From: Octopus sinensis
Taxonomy: Eukaryota
Length of the DNA stretch: 64,000 bases
Assembly: GCF_006345805.1 (NCBI RefSeq)
Contig: NC_043010.1
Span: 42,098,001 to 42,162,000, forward strand
Direction of reading: 5' to 3'
This document shows, piece by piece, positions 36,597 through 47,800 of this stretch (its first letter is position 1; the number at the start of each line of letters is the position of its first letter). The position numbers and the translations under genes are program-made. The notes below the pieces were generated by a model. The model made no database searches. It saw only the letters and a list, made by a program, of their open reading frames with translations, and was not told the DNA's origin.

Positions 36597-38271
36597 GGAT
36601 GCTTTCTGTAGCTGTCACAGGTTTTGAAATTTTAAAATTAAGCGAAAATTTTAAAATTTGGTATATTCATTTATTCCAGACAAATGCTTAGAATAATATT
36701 ACAGGATTTAAAGTTTGATCATTTTTACTCAATCATCAAACAGGATTTGGAAGCGGCCATTTTGTGTGCGATAACATTACGGCGAGAAACTTCTAAGAAC
36801 TGTGAAGTTTTAATAAGTTTTAATGAATAAAGTCTTAGGAAATGTTGGAACAGGCATATAAACAATATAAATAGGAAATATCCTACAGGCATTGTTTTGG
36901 GGATGGGGGCTGTGAGCGAAAACAAATAAAAAATAGCAACTGTACGTTAAGTTTCAAAACCAAAGAAACTTAAAATGTGGTTCACTTTTCTACGTCGAAA
37001 ATTATAACCATCCATTTCAGGAATGTGAGACCAGACCTTTCACAGCACACAGAAAATTATGGTTTTTCTCGAAAAACCGACTAACGTAGGCGTTCCTCTA
37101 GTGTGTCGCGTTTCCGACATGGAGCCGCCTAAAGAAAAAAAAGTCTGGTCCCATGACACATCCCTCTGATAACCTATTGCTCTGTTTGCCAGCATCCTTC
37201 CTCGGTCGTATTTATATTTTGAGAAGACTGTTTTGTCTCTCTCAGCAATCTTTCTAGGACCTTTTATTTGAACTTGGTTGCAGAGCACGTCCTCCGCAAG
37301 TATTTCTTGACCCATAAGTAAAAGGAAAACAAGAAATGCAACCCTAAGAGGAAAAGTGCCACCTTCCGACTAGGTATCTTTTCTAACAAACATACATACG
37401 TCGCATCCTTTTCCAGAGCACCGCCAGTAAATTTTCCCACGAAGCATCTTTTTATTCATATAGTGTTTTTACTTCCTTATTTTTATTCTATTAAAATTTT
37501 TTGTATATAATTTTCTTTCAAGGAAAACACTCCTCTCTTGCAAGTAAGAAACTGAAACCTCCTCGTTTTTCAGTTTCTCCATCATATTTGAAAAGTTAAA
37601 TGAATTGGCTGCGGTTATATTTCTATTTTGGTTGGGAGGTTCAAGAAAACACACAGTCCAAAATTATGAAAATGAGATAGTGACAGGAGAGCACGCGAAA
37701 ATATTCACTCATTTCTTAAAAAAATACAGGTGAAAATGACAAAAATGAGGTCGTCCAAATGTTCAGAAATTAGGAACGAGGAGATTTAAACAGACTATAC
37801 CTTAGCTTGTTTCTATGGAAATAGGCCTCAATATGTTTATGGCTTTCGATTGGCTAAAATTTTTGAAAGAGTGCAAACTTTAAAAACCAATGACTTTTTA
37901 TTTATGAATTTATAGCAAAAATATAATTTATTTCTATAATTAGCAAAAGGACAAATTAGCATAATTAGCATAATGACAAAAATGAGGTCGTCCAAATGTT
38001 CAGAAATTAGGTACGAGAAGATTTAAACAGACTATACCTTAGCTTGTTACTATGGAATCAGGCAGGCCTCAATGTTTATGGCTTTCGATTGGCTAAAATT
38101 TAAAAAAGAGTGTAAACTTTAAAAACCAATGACTTTTTATTTATGAATTTATAGCAAAAATGTAATTTATTTCCATAATTAGCATACAAAACTACATCAG
38201 TGCACCAAATTTGAACACAATTGGAACAAAATCAAAAGAATTGAAAACTGAGACAGTAACAGAAAAGATCT
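36597..38271 (-). mobile_element. Merlin DNA transposon remnant 2 with both ends
   Basis: Imperfect TIRs GGATGCTTTCTGTAGCTGTCACAG / CTGAGACAGTAACAGAAAAGATCT; TSD AAGATATC / GAGATATC (7/8). Minus ORF 37040-37315 reads QIKGPRKIAERDKTVFSKYKYDRGR, matching IGGPGKIVEIDETxFxKRKYNRGR. Confidence 0.85.
37735..38184. repeat. About 210-bp tandem duplication inside Merlin 2
   Basis: 37735-37945 repeated at 37972-38184. Confidence 0.9.
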
Positions 38272-38465
38272 GAGATATCAACACTACGAGTTTTTTTTTC
38301 TTCTTTTTTCTTTTCAACATTTTATCGATCGTGGAAGAATGAAAGAAAACGTCGACCCTGGTATGTTTTTAAGGTACAGTGTAGATATAATGAACTAAAT
38401 ATTACATTTACGTATTTGCTTTGCAAGATTCCTAATGTGAAATCGTGTTGTTGATATAGATATTG

Positions 38466-38880
38466 TTATATTTCGGTGCGGTCAATTTTTTTTCAGCAAA
38501 TAAACACTCGCGCTATATATTCGTTATTCACTTCAGATTTATTTTATTATCGTTCTTTTTTTATGTCATTCGTCTGAAAATATTTCATCACACGTCCTGT
38601 GACGGCTCCATTCCACGTCTCCCTTGTTATGCTTGGTTCATTCTGTGTTTCTATGTTGAAAGGAAGATAAAGATGTTTAAGCTCGAGAAAGACAGAATTG
38701 ACTAAAGTGAATAGGAGACAGGTGAGATGGAGAGTCGCTGAAGAAATCACGGGATATGTGATGAAAGATTTCCAGATAAATGACATAAATAAAGAACAAT
38801 AATAAATATATCTGAAGTGAAGAACGGATATATAGAGCGTGTGTTTATTTGGCGAAAAAAATGACCGCCCCAAAATATGA
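38466..38880. mobile_element. Fold-back/MITE-like element with long imperfect inverted arms
   Basis: GCGGTCAATTTTTTTCAGCAAATAAACAC...TTCACTTCAGAT...ATGTCATT...TTCATCACA is mirrored by TGTGATGAA...AATGACAT...ATCTGAAGTGAA...GTGTTTATTTGGCGAAAAAAATGACCGC. Confidence 0.75.
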
Positions 38881-39438
38881 AAAAAAAAACTATCCCGAAA
38901 TATGAAAGGTAACAACCTCGAAATATAATACAGAACTAAATATTTTTTGATGATTAAGTATTTTTTTACCTTCATTGCCATGGATTTTTATTGAAGAGTT
39001 GATTGGATTGACTCCTATACAATAATCGGACATATTTTCTTAACCACACTGATCAAATGCAAAAGAGATCCCAAATGGGTTTGAATTTCAAGCAGTAACA
39101 TATCGAACGCACAATATCCTGAACTGGATTAATCTAGCAGCGACAGTAACCGTATGCTATGGAGTATTTTCCACCTCATGCTACATGTTATTCTGCATAT
39201 ACTTTATTACTATAGCACTATGCACTGCCTCCGATTTTGTGAGCCACTGGGTGTTTAAGGTTGTCCCAATAATTAAAATACTTCCGATATCCAAAACACT
39301 CTAAATTATGCAAATTACAATTCAATTGGATGGTAGTGGTAAATGGGCAGGCTAACGGCATTACTGTCCGATGCTAATTGATATACCATTCTATTTCTCT
39401 ATTTCGAGGCATTAATGTCGTCAAGCACAAATTCGAGC

Positions 39439-39483
<45 letters not shown>

Positions 39484-39484
<1 letters not shown>

Positions 39485-39735
39485 CATGTTTGACTTTTGC
39501 TTTACATTTGCACAAGAGACAACAGGTTGGAACTTCGTGTTGGTGTTATGCCTAGAGTGCCATATATTTGGTTTTGTACTTAGTGTTGTACTAGTGGATG
39601 CCTAAAAAACCATACGAAAATTATGTTTGTTTTAAAACTTGAGATTACATAGAAAGTATTTTGCGTAGGATATGAGCAGTTCCCATGAGCACTATTTTTT
39701 TAATTTCTGCCATTTTGGGGTTTCCTGGTATCTGA

Positions 39736-39736
<1 letters not shown>
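39484..39736 (-). mobile_element. 3' end of an R4/Dong-like LINE in (TAA)n
   Basis: Homologous to 34991-35320; (TTA)n on both sides. Confidence 0.75.
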
Positions 39737-39804
<68 letters not shown>

Positions 39805-40228
39805 TATATATATATAAATTCGGTTCAAAGAATCATTTTAATACTAATATACTATAGACTCCGTTTATGTTAACTATTTCCATTAAATCAAATTGTGGTT
39901 TTGGATAAGGTAAGAAACATTTTAGTGAGTAGAGTTTTTACCGTAACCTTACGTTGTACGCTAAAACTATAGCACAAATAAGAAGTTTAAACTTCGGTTA
40001 TGTTAATTTGCTATGACTGGTTCTAAAGTTTTATTGCAAGAAATATTGTTGAAAGAAGACGATATGAGATCCATTAACATAAAGTTAGTCTGCCTTCCAA
40101 CCTGTACTGAAATTACTGTAGTAGTTATGAATCAAGACAATACATATATTTTACTCAGGGATGTACAAGGATGTACAGGGTTTATAGGGATACACAAGGA
40201 CGATGGGGTGATATATATAAATATATAT

Positions 40229-40298
<70 letters not shown>

Positions 40299-40336
40299 GC
40301 GCGCGCGCGCGTACACACACCTCAAACCCCATTATA

Positions 40337-41179
40337 TTGGGTCATCTCATAAATAATGCGGTTTCTATATACTCCTTTTATTGTTCAAAATTACGATAAA
40401 CAAAGTTCTTTTTAATCTAAAATATTCTCTTCACTTTCCACAATGCTCTTCCATCTATCTGACAGACTTGCAAGATCCCTCTTCCAAAACACACTTGTCG
40501 GTGATGAAAAATATTCCTCTACTACTGTTCTGACCTCGTCTAGAAAATTCACATTCTTTCCGTCCAAATGATTTTGAAGACTGCGGATTAAATGATAATC
40601 AGATGGGGCAATATCCGGTGAATATGGTAGGTGGGGCACTGTTTCCTATTCAAAGTGCTCCAGCATTTGGAATGTCAATTTCGCCGTATGTAGCCGAGCA
40701 GTATCCTGATGGAAGAATACCTTTAGTCTTGAAACCAAAGATGGTCGTTCTCCGATGACATGCAGGTGTCGATGAATGGTTGAATGGCCACATCCAAGTT
40801 TCTCTACTAGTTCCGCAACAGTTACGATGGAAATTTGGTCCACCAGTGTTTGCAGGAAGTCCTCACGAGCTCTACAGTTCTTCCAGGAAGAGAGGCTCGT
40901 CTTCTAGGCTGTAGTTTCCGACTCGGAATTTCTGGAAACACCGCTGACACTGGCTTCCACTATTGTCCGATCCCCATATACTGAATTAATATTCCTTGCA
41001 CTTTTCCTTGTGTTGTTACCTTTATTGAACTGCACTCTTCAAAACTTACACTAAGAATAAGACTAAGGTATAATTACTACCTGCTTTTATAGCAAGTTGA
41101 GGCAGGTAGTTTATCCTGTACTCCTCCGACTTTTAGTTCATGCAACTGAAAAAACCGCATTATTTATGGGATGACCCAA
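40337..41179 (-). mobile_element. mariner element, internally deleted
   Basis: TIRs TTGGGTCATCTCATAAATAATGCGGTTT / AAACCGCATTATTTATGGGATGACCCAA; TA TSD; transposase motifs HQDTARLH and PYSPDIAPSDYHL. Confidence 0.92.
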
Positions 41180-41489
41180 TACATGTATACTACGGATTGA
41201 TGCTTACACGCCTGTGTGTGGGTGTAGAGTGGAAGAAATCGAGAGAAATAACATAAAACTTTCATATTTTTATCTCTTCGTCAAATATCTGAGAAATGTT
41301 TGTTTTTCTACTTTTCTTGGCTTTTCATTCTGTCTGTCATGAATAGGAAGATATTTTTACCAGCGTTTATCTCTATAAATCGAATATTCTTGTGACATTT
41401 GAATATTGTATGATCGATTAGAAAAATCATCGAAATCAACGAACTTGATAGTTTTTCCACATCTTTTAGACTTCAATACGCAAATACCT

Positions 41490-41950
41490 GAATTATTGAA
41501 ATTGAAGTTGTAAAGTGTCCAATGGACAATCCTTGCTATATTGTTATGACGTCTCTTATATTCTTTCTGGCTAGTGGCGTACATTGACTAGTAATATGCC
41601 ATACGGTTTCACCATTTTGTCTATAAATTCTGCACTTATCACTTTCTCATGTGTTGTCTATTCTGTATCTGATGTAATTCGTTCTTGACGCTTGCTCTTG
41701 GGCAGCACAGATTAGAGTTTCCGTTTCCGGTTTTAAATCACTTTTAGTCATCCATAGCCATCTTTTTTCTCTGTCTTATCTTCAACATCACTATAAAATT
41801 GTCTTGTGCATTCTTTTCTTTATCCACCTATTTTCAGTTTCATTCATTCTCAAGTGCTTGTACAGGGCCTTATCTTTGCAATCTTCCATCTTACACAAGC
41901 CTAACCTTCTTACTTCCAATAATAGAGGTTCTGTGGCACTTTTACATACC
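41490..41950 (-). pseudogene. R4/Dong-clade fragment (post-RT, CCHC zinc-finger region)
   Basis: Minus strand ETETLICAAQEQA...KCRI...ETVWHITSQC...YKRRHNNIARIVHW. Confidence 0.78.
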
Positions 41951-42169
41951 ATATTATTATTGTTGTTGGTGTTGTTGTTGTTTAAAATAGTTTGATTCGG
42001 CCCCTCGCGACTTTCGAAGTTTCGTAGGATGGGTGGAGACACTAGGCGATCAACTGTTCGACATGTCTATGGGAAGCTACGATGGGGATGAGATCGCTGA
42101 TCACGTCTGGTTATTTACCTTGGGTGCCCTCAAGAAACGCACACACCCACACAGGTCGGGACAATGACC

Positions 42170-42690
42170 TGGCAGTCTCAACCTTTATGAATAGCCACAC
42201 CACGGACACATTTAGAAAATACTTGATAAAAATATTCAGAGAATTTAAATTCACCAACTTCACTACGGACGTAACACTAAAACTGAAAGCGGGCAAGTAC
42301 TACCCTTACAGGAAACCCAACGAGGAAACTGTGTACATCCACAGAAGCTCGAATCATCCAACCACTCTTATTAGAAACCTAGTTTCAGGCGTAAGCAGAA
42401 GAATGACTAAGTTTTCAGCCGATAAGATCTTCAACGCGATACCCACCCCCACTACAATGACGCATTGATGAGGAGTGGATTTCTGAGAAGTTAGCATGTA
42501 TGGAGGACCTCAAATTCTCCCCCCCCCACACACACACACACACCCGAATTGAACTAGAAACAGAAAGATAATCTAGTTCAACCCTCCATTTAACTGACAA
42601 GTTTCCACCAACGTAGATAAGAGCTACTTTTCGTTGATTAAGGTGCATTTCCCCAGGGCTATAAGTTTTATAACCTCTTCAACCCACATA
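42170..42690 (+). pseudogene. Penelope-like element RT thumb/linker fragment
   Basis: DVTLKLKAGKYYPYRKPNEETVYIHRSSNHP...SRRM, the conserved PLE motif YRKP...Y...SNHP. Confidence 0.8.
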
Positions 42691-42782
42691 ACGTTAGATT
42701 AAAAAAGAACTTTGTTTATCTTAATTTTTGAAAAATAAATGAAGTATAAAGGCACTACGTTATTTATTAGATGACCCTACAT
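42690..42782 (+). mobile_element. mariner 3' terminus (same family as 40337)
   Basis: TTAGATTAAAAAAGAACTTTGTTTATC...GATGACCC matches the reverse complement of 40337-40420. Confidence 0.6.
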
Positions 42783-42786
42783 ATGA

Positions 42787-42837
<51 letters not shown>

Positions 42838-42844
<7 letters not shown>

Positions 42845-43229
42845 AAAGTGAGGTTGTGTGCTGTCTGTCTTCTACGATTTAGATTCCTAACTACTCCCAT
42901 ATTTTGCGGTGCAGTTTAACCAAAACCGGGTATCTTATAGTCGTGATTCATATCGAGCCCTTCTGGGTATTAGCGCGCGTCTAGAATGAGTCTACGATTT
43001 TAAAAAAAATTTACCATCAATTTTTCCCATTTTTAATGCATTTTTGGCATATATAAGGGAAGTAACTCTCTAAAAATTTATTATTAAATCTCAGAACGTA
43101 AAAAGCAACAGTAACACCCTCCCCCTTTGTGGTTAGCCATATTAAGATGGCTATTATACTTTACATCTCTAAAAATGATTATATAGTTATTTCCCTTACA
43201 AACCCGAGCAACGCCGGGCGATACTGCTA

Positions 43230-43230
<1 letters not shown>
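42838..43230 (+). mobile_element. Non-autonomous Helitron
   Basis: 3' hairpin CCCGAGCAACGCCGGG followed 8 nt later by CTAG|T; lies in (TA)n; no TIR. Confidence 0.7.
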
Positions 43231-43273
<43 letters not shown>

Positions 43274-43285
43274 TAAAACATTTAA

Positions 43286-43591
43286 ATAATGAGGGAGATA
43301 AATTGAATATTAATTTAATTAATATCAATTTAAAACCAGTAGGCTAGCATACAAAAATCTGAAAAATCAGAGAAAATTCTAATACATGTGTATATTTAAA
43401 GAGTTAAAAAACCACTAGTTGGTCAGCCGTATGCTAGAAGTAGATAACCTACGATCAAACTACAAAGAAAAGAATGTTCTCTGTCCGCTAAATTTTCCTC
43501 TAGAGAACATTCTTTTCTTTGTAGTTTGATCGTAGGTGATCTACTTCTAGCATACAGCTGACCACCTAGTGGTTTTTTAGCTCTTTAAATA
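43286..43591. mobile_element. Fold-back insert in (TA)n (about 90-bp inverted arms), probable Penelope pseudo-LTR inversion
   Basis: 43393-43482 is the reverse complement of 43502-43591 with about 4 mismatches; loop 19 nt. Confidence 0.65.
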
Positions 43592-44322
<731 letters not shown>

Positions 44323-44568
44323 GAAAGAAACCCTTCGTGTATGTATGTGTGTGTGTGTGTGTGTGTGTCTGTTTTCGTCCCCCACCGACGCTTGACAACC
44401 AGTGTTAGCATGTTTCTGTCCCCGTAACTTAGCGGTTTGGCAAAATAGACAGATAGTTAAGTATCAGGTTTTAAAAACTAAATACTGGGATCGATTCATC
44501 GACTAAAAGTTCTTCGAAGCTGTTCTCCAGTATGGACTCGGTCTAATGGCTGAAACAAGTAAAAGAAT
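44323..44568 (+). mobile_element. SINE family A 3' half, diverged
   Basis: CTTGACAACC...CCCCGTAACTTAGCGG...CTGAAACAAGTAAAAGAATA. Confidence 0.75.
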
Positions 44569-44703
44569 ATGTATGTATGTATGTATGTATGTATATATGT
44601 ATGTATGTATGTGTGTATGTGTGTATGTACGTGTTTATGTATGTATGTATGTATGTATGTGTGTGTGTGTATGAATGTACGTGTGTGTGTGTGTGTGTAT
44701 GTA

Positions 44704-44734
<31 letters not shown>

Positions 44735-44825
44735 GTGTGTGTGTATGTATGTATGTATGTATGTATGTATGTATGTATGTATGTATCTGTATGTGTATGT
44801 ATGTATGTATGTATGTATGTACGTA
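44569..44825. repeat. (ATGT)n/(GT)n microsatellite
   Basis: Direct. Confidence 0.95.
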
Positions 44826-47800
44826 CATTTCTCCATTCATTATATCGTTCACATACGCTCGCATTTCAGCTTAATACAAATATCTCTCAGATTATTTCGA
44901 AAGTACTCTGCATTACATCGAGTCGTAATCCACACTAATGATAGTAGTAGAAAATAGTGCATTTCTTAACTCTTGAGATTTATTTAACATTTATATATAT
45001 ATTTGTTATTTTATATTCTATGTGGTAATTTGCGGATAGAAATTTTGTTGCATTTTGTTGCTTTGATGCCTTTCCTGAAAACGAGAGAGGCGAGGAGTGT
45101 GTGTGAAATACTGTTCAGAAAAAAAATATAGAACTTCGTTCAGAGGGCTTCGGCTTTTCAGTTTTCTCACTGATAGCAACTTTCGATTAACATCAAAGAA
45201 ACCTATATAAACACACACGCATATGCATATATGGTATGTCTGTTATATGTGTATGTGAGTGTGTATGTGTGTGTGCATATGTGTGTGTGTATAAAGAGAG
45301 AGAGCAGAGAGAGAGAAAGAGACAGAGAGAGAGGGAGTAAGAGAGAAAAGTAATTATAACATTCCAGTGCTCTGATGAGCCAGTTTTCTTTATTTGCGTT
45401 AATTTGTGGCTATATATTGTATTATATTATATAATACTGAGCATACATATTAATGCAAACATATACGCATATTTTTTTCCATTCTGCAATTAATACTATA
45501 CGAAGAATGTTGCGAAATAATTGTAATCGAATGGATGCCACATGGTTAAATAAATATATATTCTCCTCTCATACCTCCTGGCCTTATGCTTTTATAAACC
45601 TATAAATATTATATATGTATGTATATAATTCTATGTACACACATATACACGCACATATAAATATATATATACGTGTATGTGTGTGCGCGTGCGTGCATAT
45701 ATGTACATTTAAGCCTCAATTGGTTAGGTCAGATCTTATGGGTTCCTTGATTATCTAGCGAAGATCTTGCCTATCCCTGAAAATCCATGGTGTATAATTG
45801 AACTATACTCACAATATTTGAATTTGATGATATGACGAAACACTACATACATAACAGCCAATGATTTAAGCATTTGTACTGCTTTAGGTGTAAAGAAAAC
45901 CTCCTGCAGTGAAAAAGCTCGTATCCTGAGACTTACTTGAAACCTTTGACAATTTATTACCTGCATTGAAGTAATGAAAAACCAAGAATTAAGATTTACC
46001 CGAGTGTCAGAAAATAATTAATATAACTAAAAAAACTATAGTAATAATAAAAATATTTTAAAATTTTTATTAAAATATTTCTTTCTCAACAATAAAAAAA
46101 TAGCCACGAGTCGAAGGGATGTAAAATTACATAATAATATTATATTATTTCGTAAAAGATCTGATCGAGCATTTAGGGCTTAAATAAGCACAAGTACAGA
46201 TTAGCCTCTTTAAATATTTCCTTGAAAATATTAGTCCCACCAAAGACAATAAATCTATTTTCAGTCAAATATGTATGGAATGTAGATCAGGTTTTTATGA
46301 GCCTTTCGACAGTAGCAACTGAGGCAGCTGGCGCTTTTGCAAACAGTACTGATTTCAATAGCTCTGAACAGAGATCAGAATCAGATGCATCTCCTTAACC
46401 AAGGAGATGCATATTGACAATATTGTCAAAAAGGATTTTGTGGAGTTGTCTTACTTCAGGCAGCACAGTTTACTCATCAAAAGTAGTTCATTGTATCCTT
46501 ATTCTTCTGCCTGTTCAATAGTGGCATTATCGTTTGACACGCAGTCGGTCAGGAAAAATTGGTTACGGCACCCGATGTATAGTTTGTTCATAATCCTTAG
46601 ACAAGGTTAGTATGTATGTATGTATGTATGTATGTATGTAGGTAGGTAGGTAGGTAGGTAGGTAGGTAGGTAGGTAGGTAGGTAGGTAGGTAGGTTGGTA
46701 GGTAGAGTTAGGGTTAGGTACGTACGTATCTGAGTGCTTCTAAGTATGTATTGATACATAAATATGCCGCATGATCGGATTATTAAAAAGTCTGCTTCGC
46801 TAAAAAGCATTCCGAGTTCAAGCCTATTGCTTGCCACATTGAGCAAGCTTTATTTACCATAACTTGGAGCTAACTTAAATCTTTAAGTGCGAAACTGCGT
46901 TGACAAAAATTTATTGGAAGCCCGTCGGATTGATTCTACTTGTAATTTGCGAGTCCAGTTCTGTCATGCACTGTGTCATGCTCATCTTGCGAGTGGATCA
47001 ACATAAGGGCACTCATGTCTGCGGAATACTCAACCTGTTATACACTAATTCAATGAGTGTGTAATTCAGAACCATTAAATGCTCCTTGTCGATACAGACG
47101 GAGATTCATTTATGTTGAGAGATTGTCAATCTTTCCCTATATTTTTAAAGAGAAAGGCTACTATTTCAGATATTTCGCATTTTTAAAGCTATTAGCGCCA
47201 ATTTATATTGTTAATACTCGAATATTGAATATTGCATTGCGGAAGTTTGGTTTGCATTAAGAGCATAACAATTAATTAATGTAATCTGAATATTGATACA
47301 AAGATTTTTAGATAAGGATACATATTTTAAAATATCAATAAGAATAAAAACCTATTAGTTTTGCTTGGGTAGATTTATGACATACGTATAGTAATTCAAT
47401 CACATAAGACCAACACAAAGTAATTTTATTGTGTTAGTGAGGTTTGCAGTAGAATCGAGTTTCGGAGTTCAATTTGTTACTGAAATGAAACTTAGACGGA
47501 CTAGATCAGCTTCCCCAAATATTTAGCACCCCATCAAGATCCATGGTAGAAAATTAATAATCATCCACGACTCTCTTCCTAGAAAATTTCTTATACTTTT
47601 CTTCAGCTTTTGCTCTCTGAAAATATGTTGCATCTATAATCTATTGTACAGCATATTCATAAAACACTTTACACTGTACCAAGAGTCAAAGACTTTCTCT
47701 TATGAGGCCCTTTTCGCTTCTATTTTTCTGGAATAACTGTGGTTCAAAGTGATAATGGTATTTTCCTATTCTGATTCGTCTAAGTTAATTTTATGTTTGT

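Noticed and set aside
46265-46398. Possible terminal exon KYVWNVDQVFMSLST...
   Set aside because: Weak acceptor, no recognisable domain, no supporting upstream exons.
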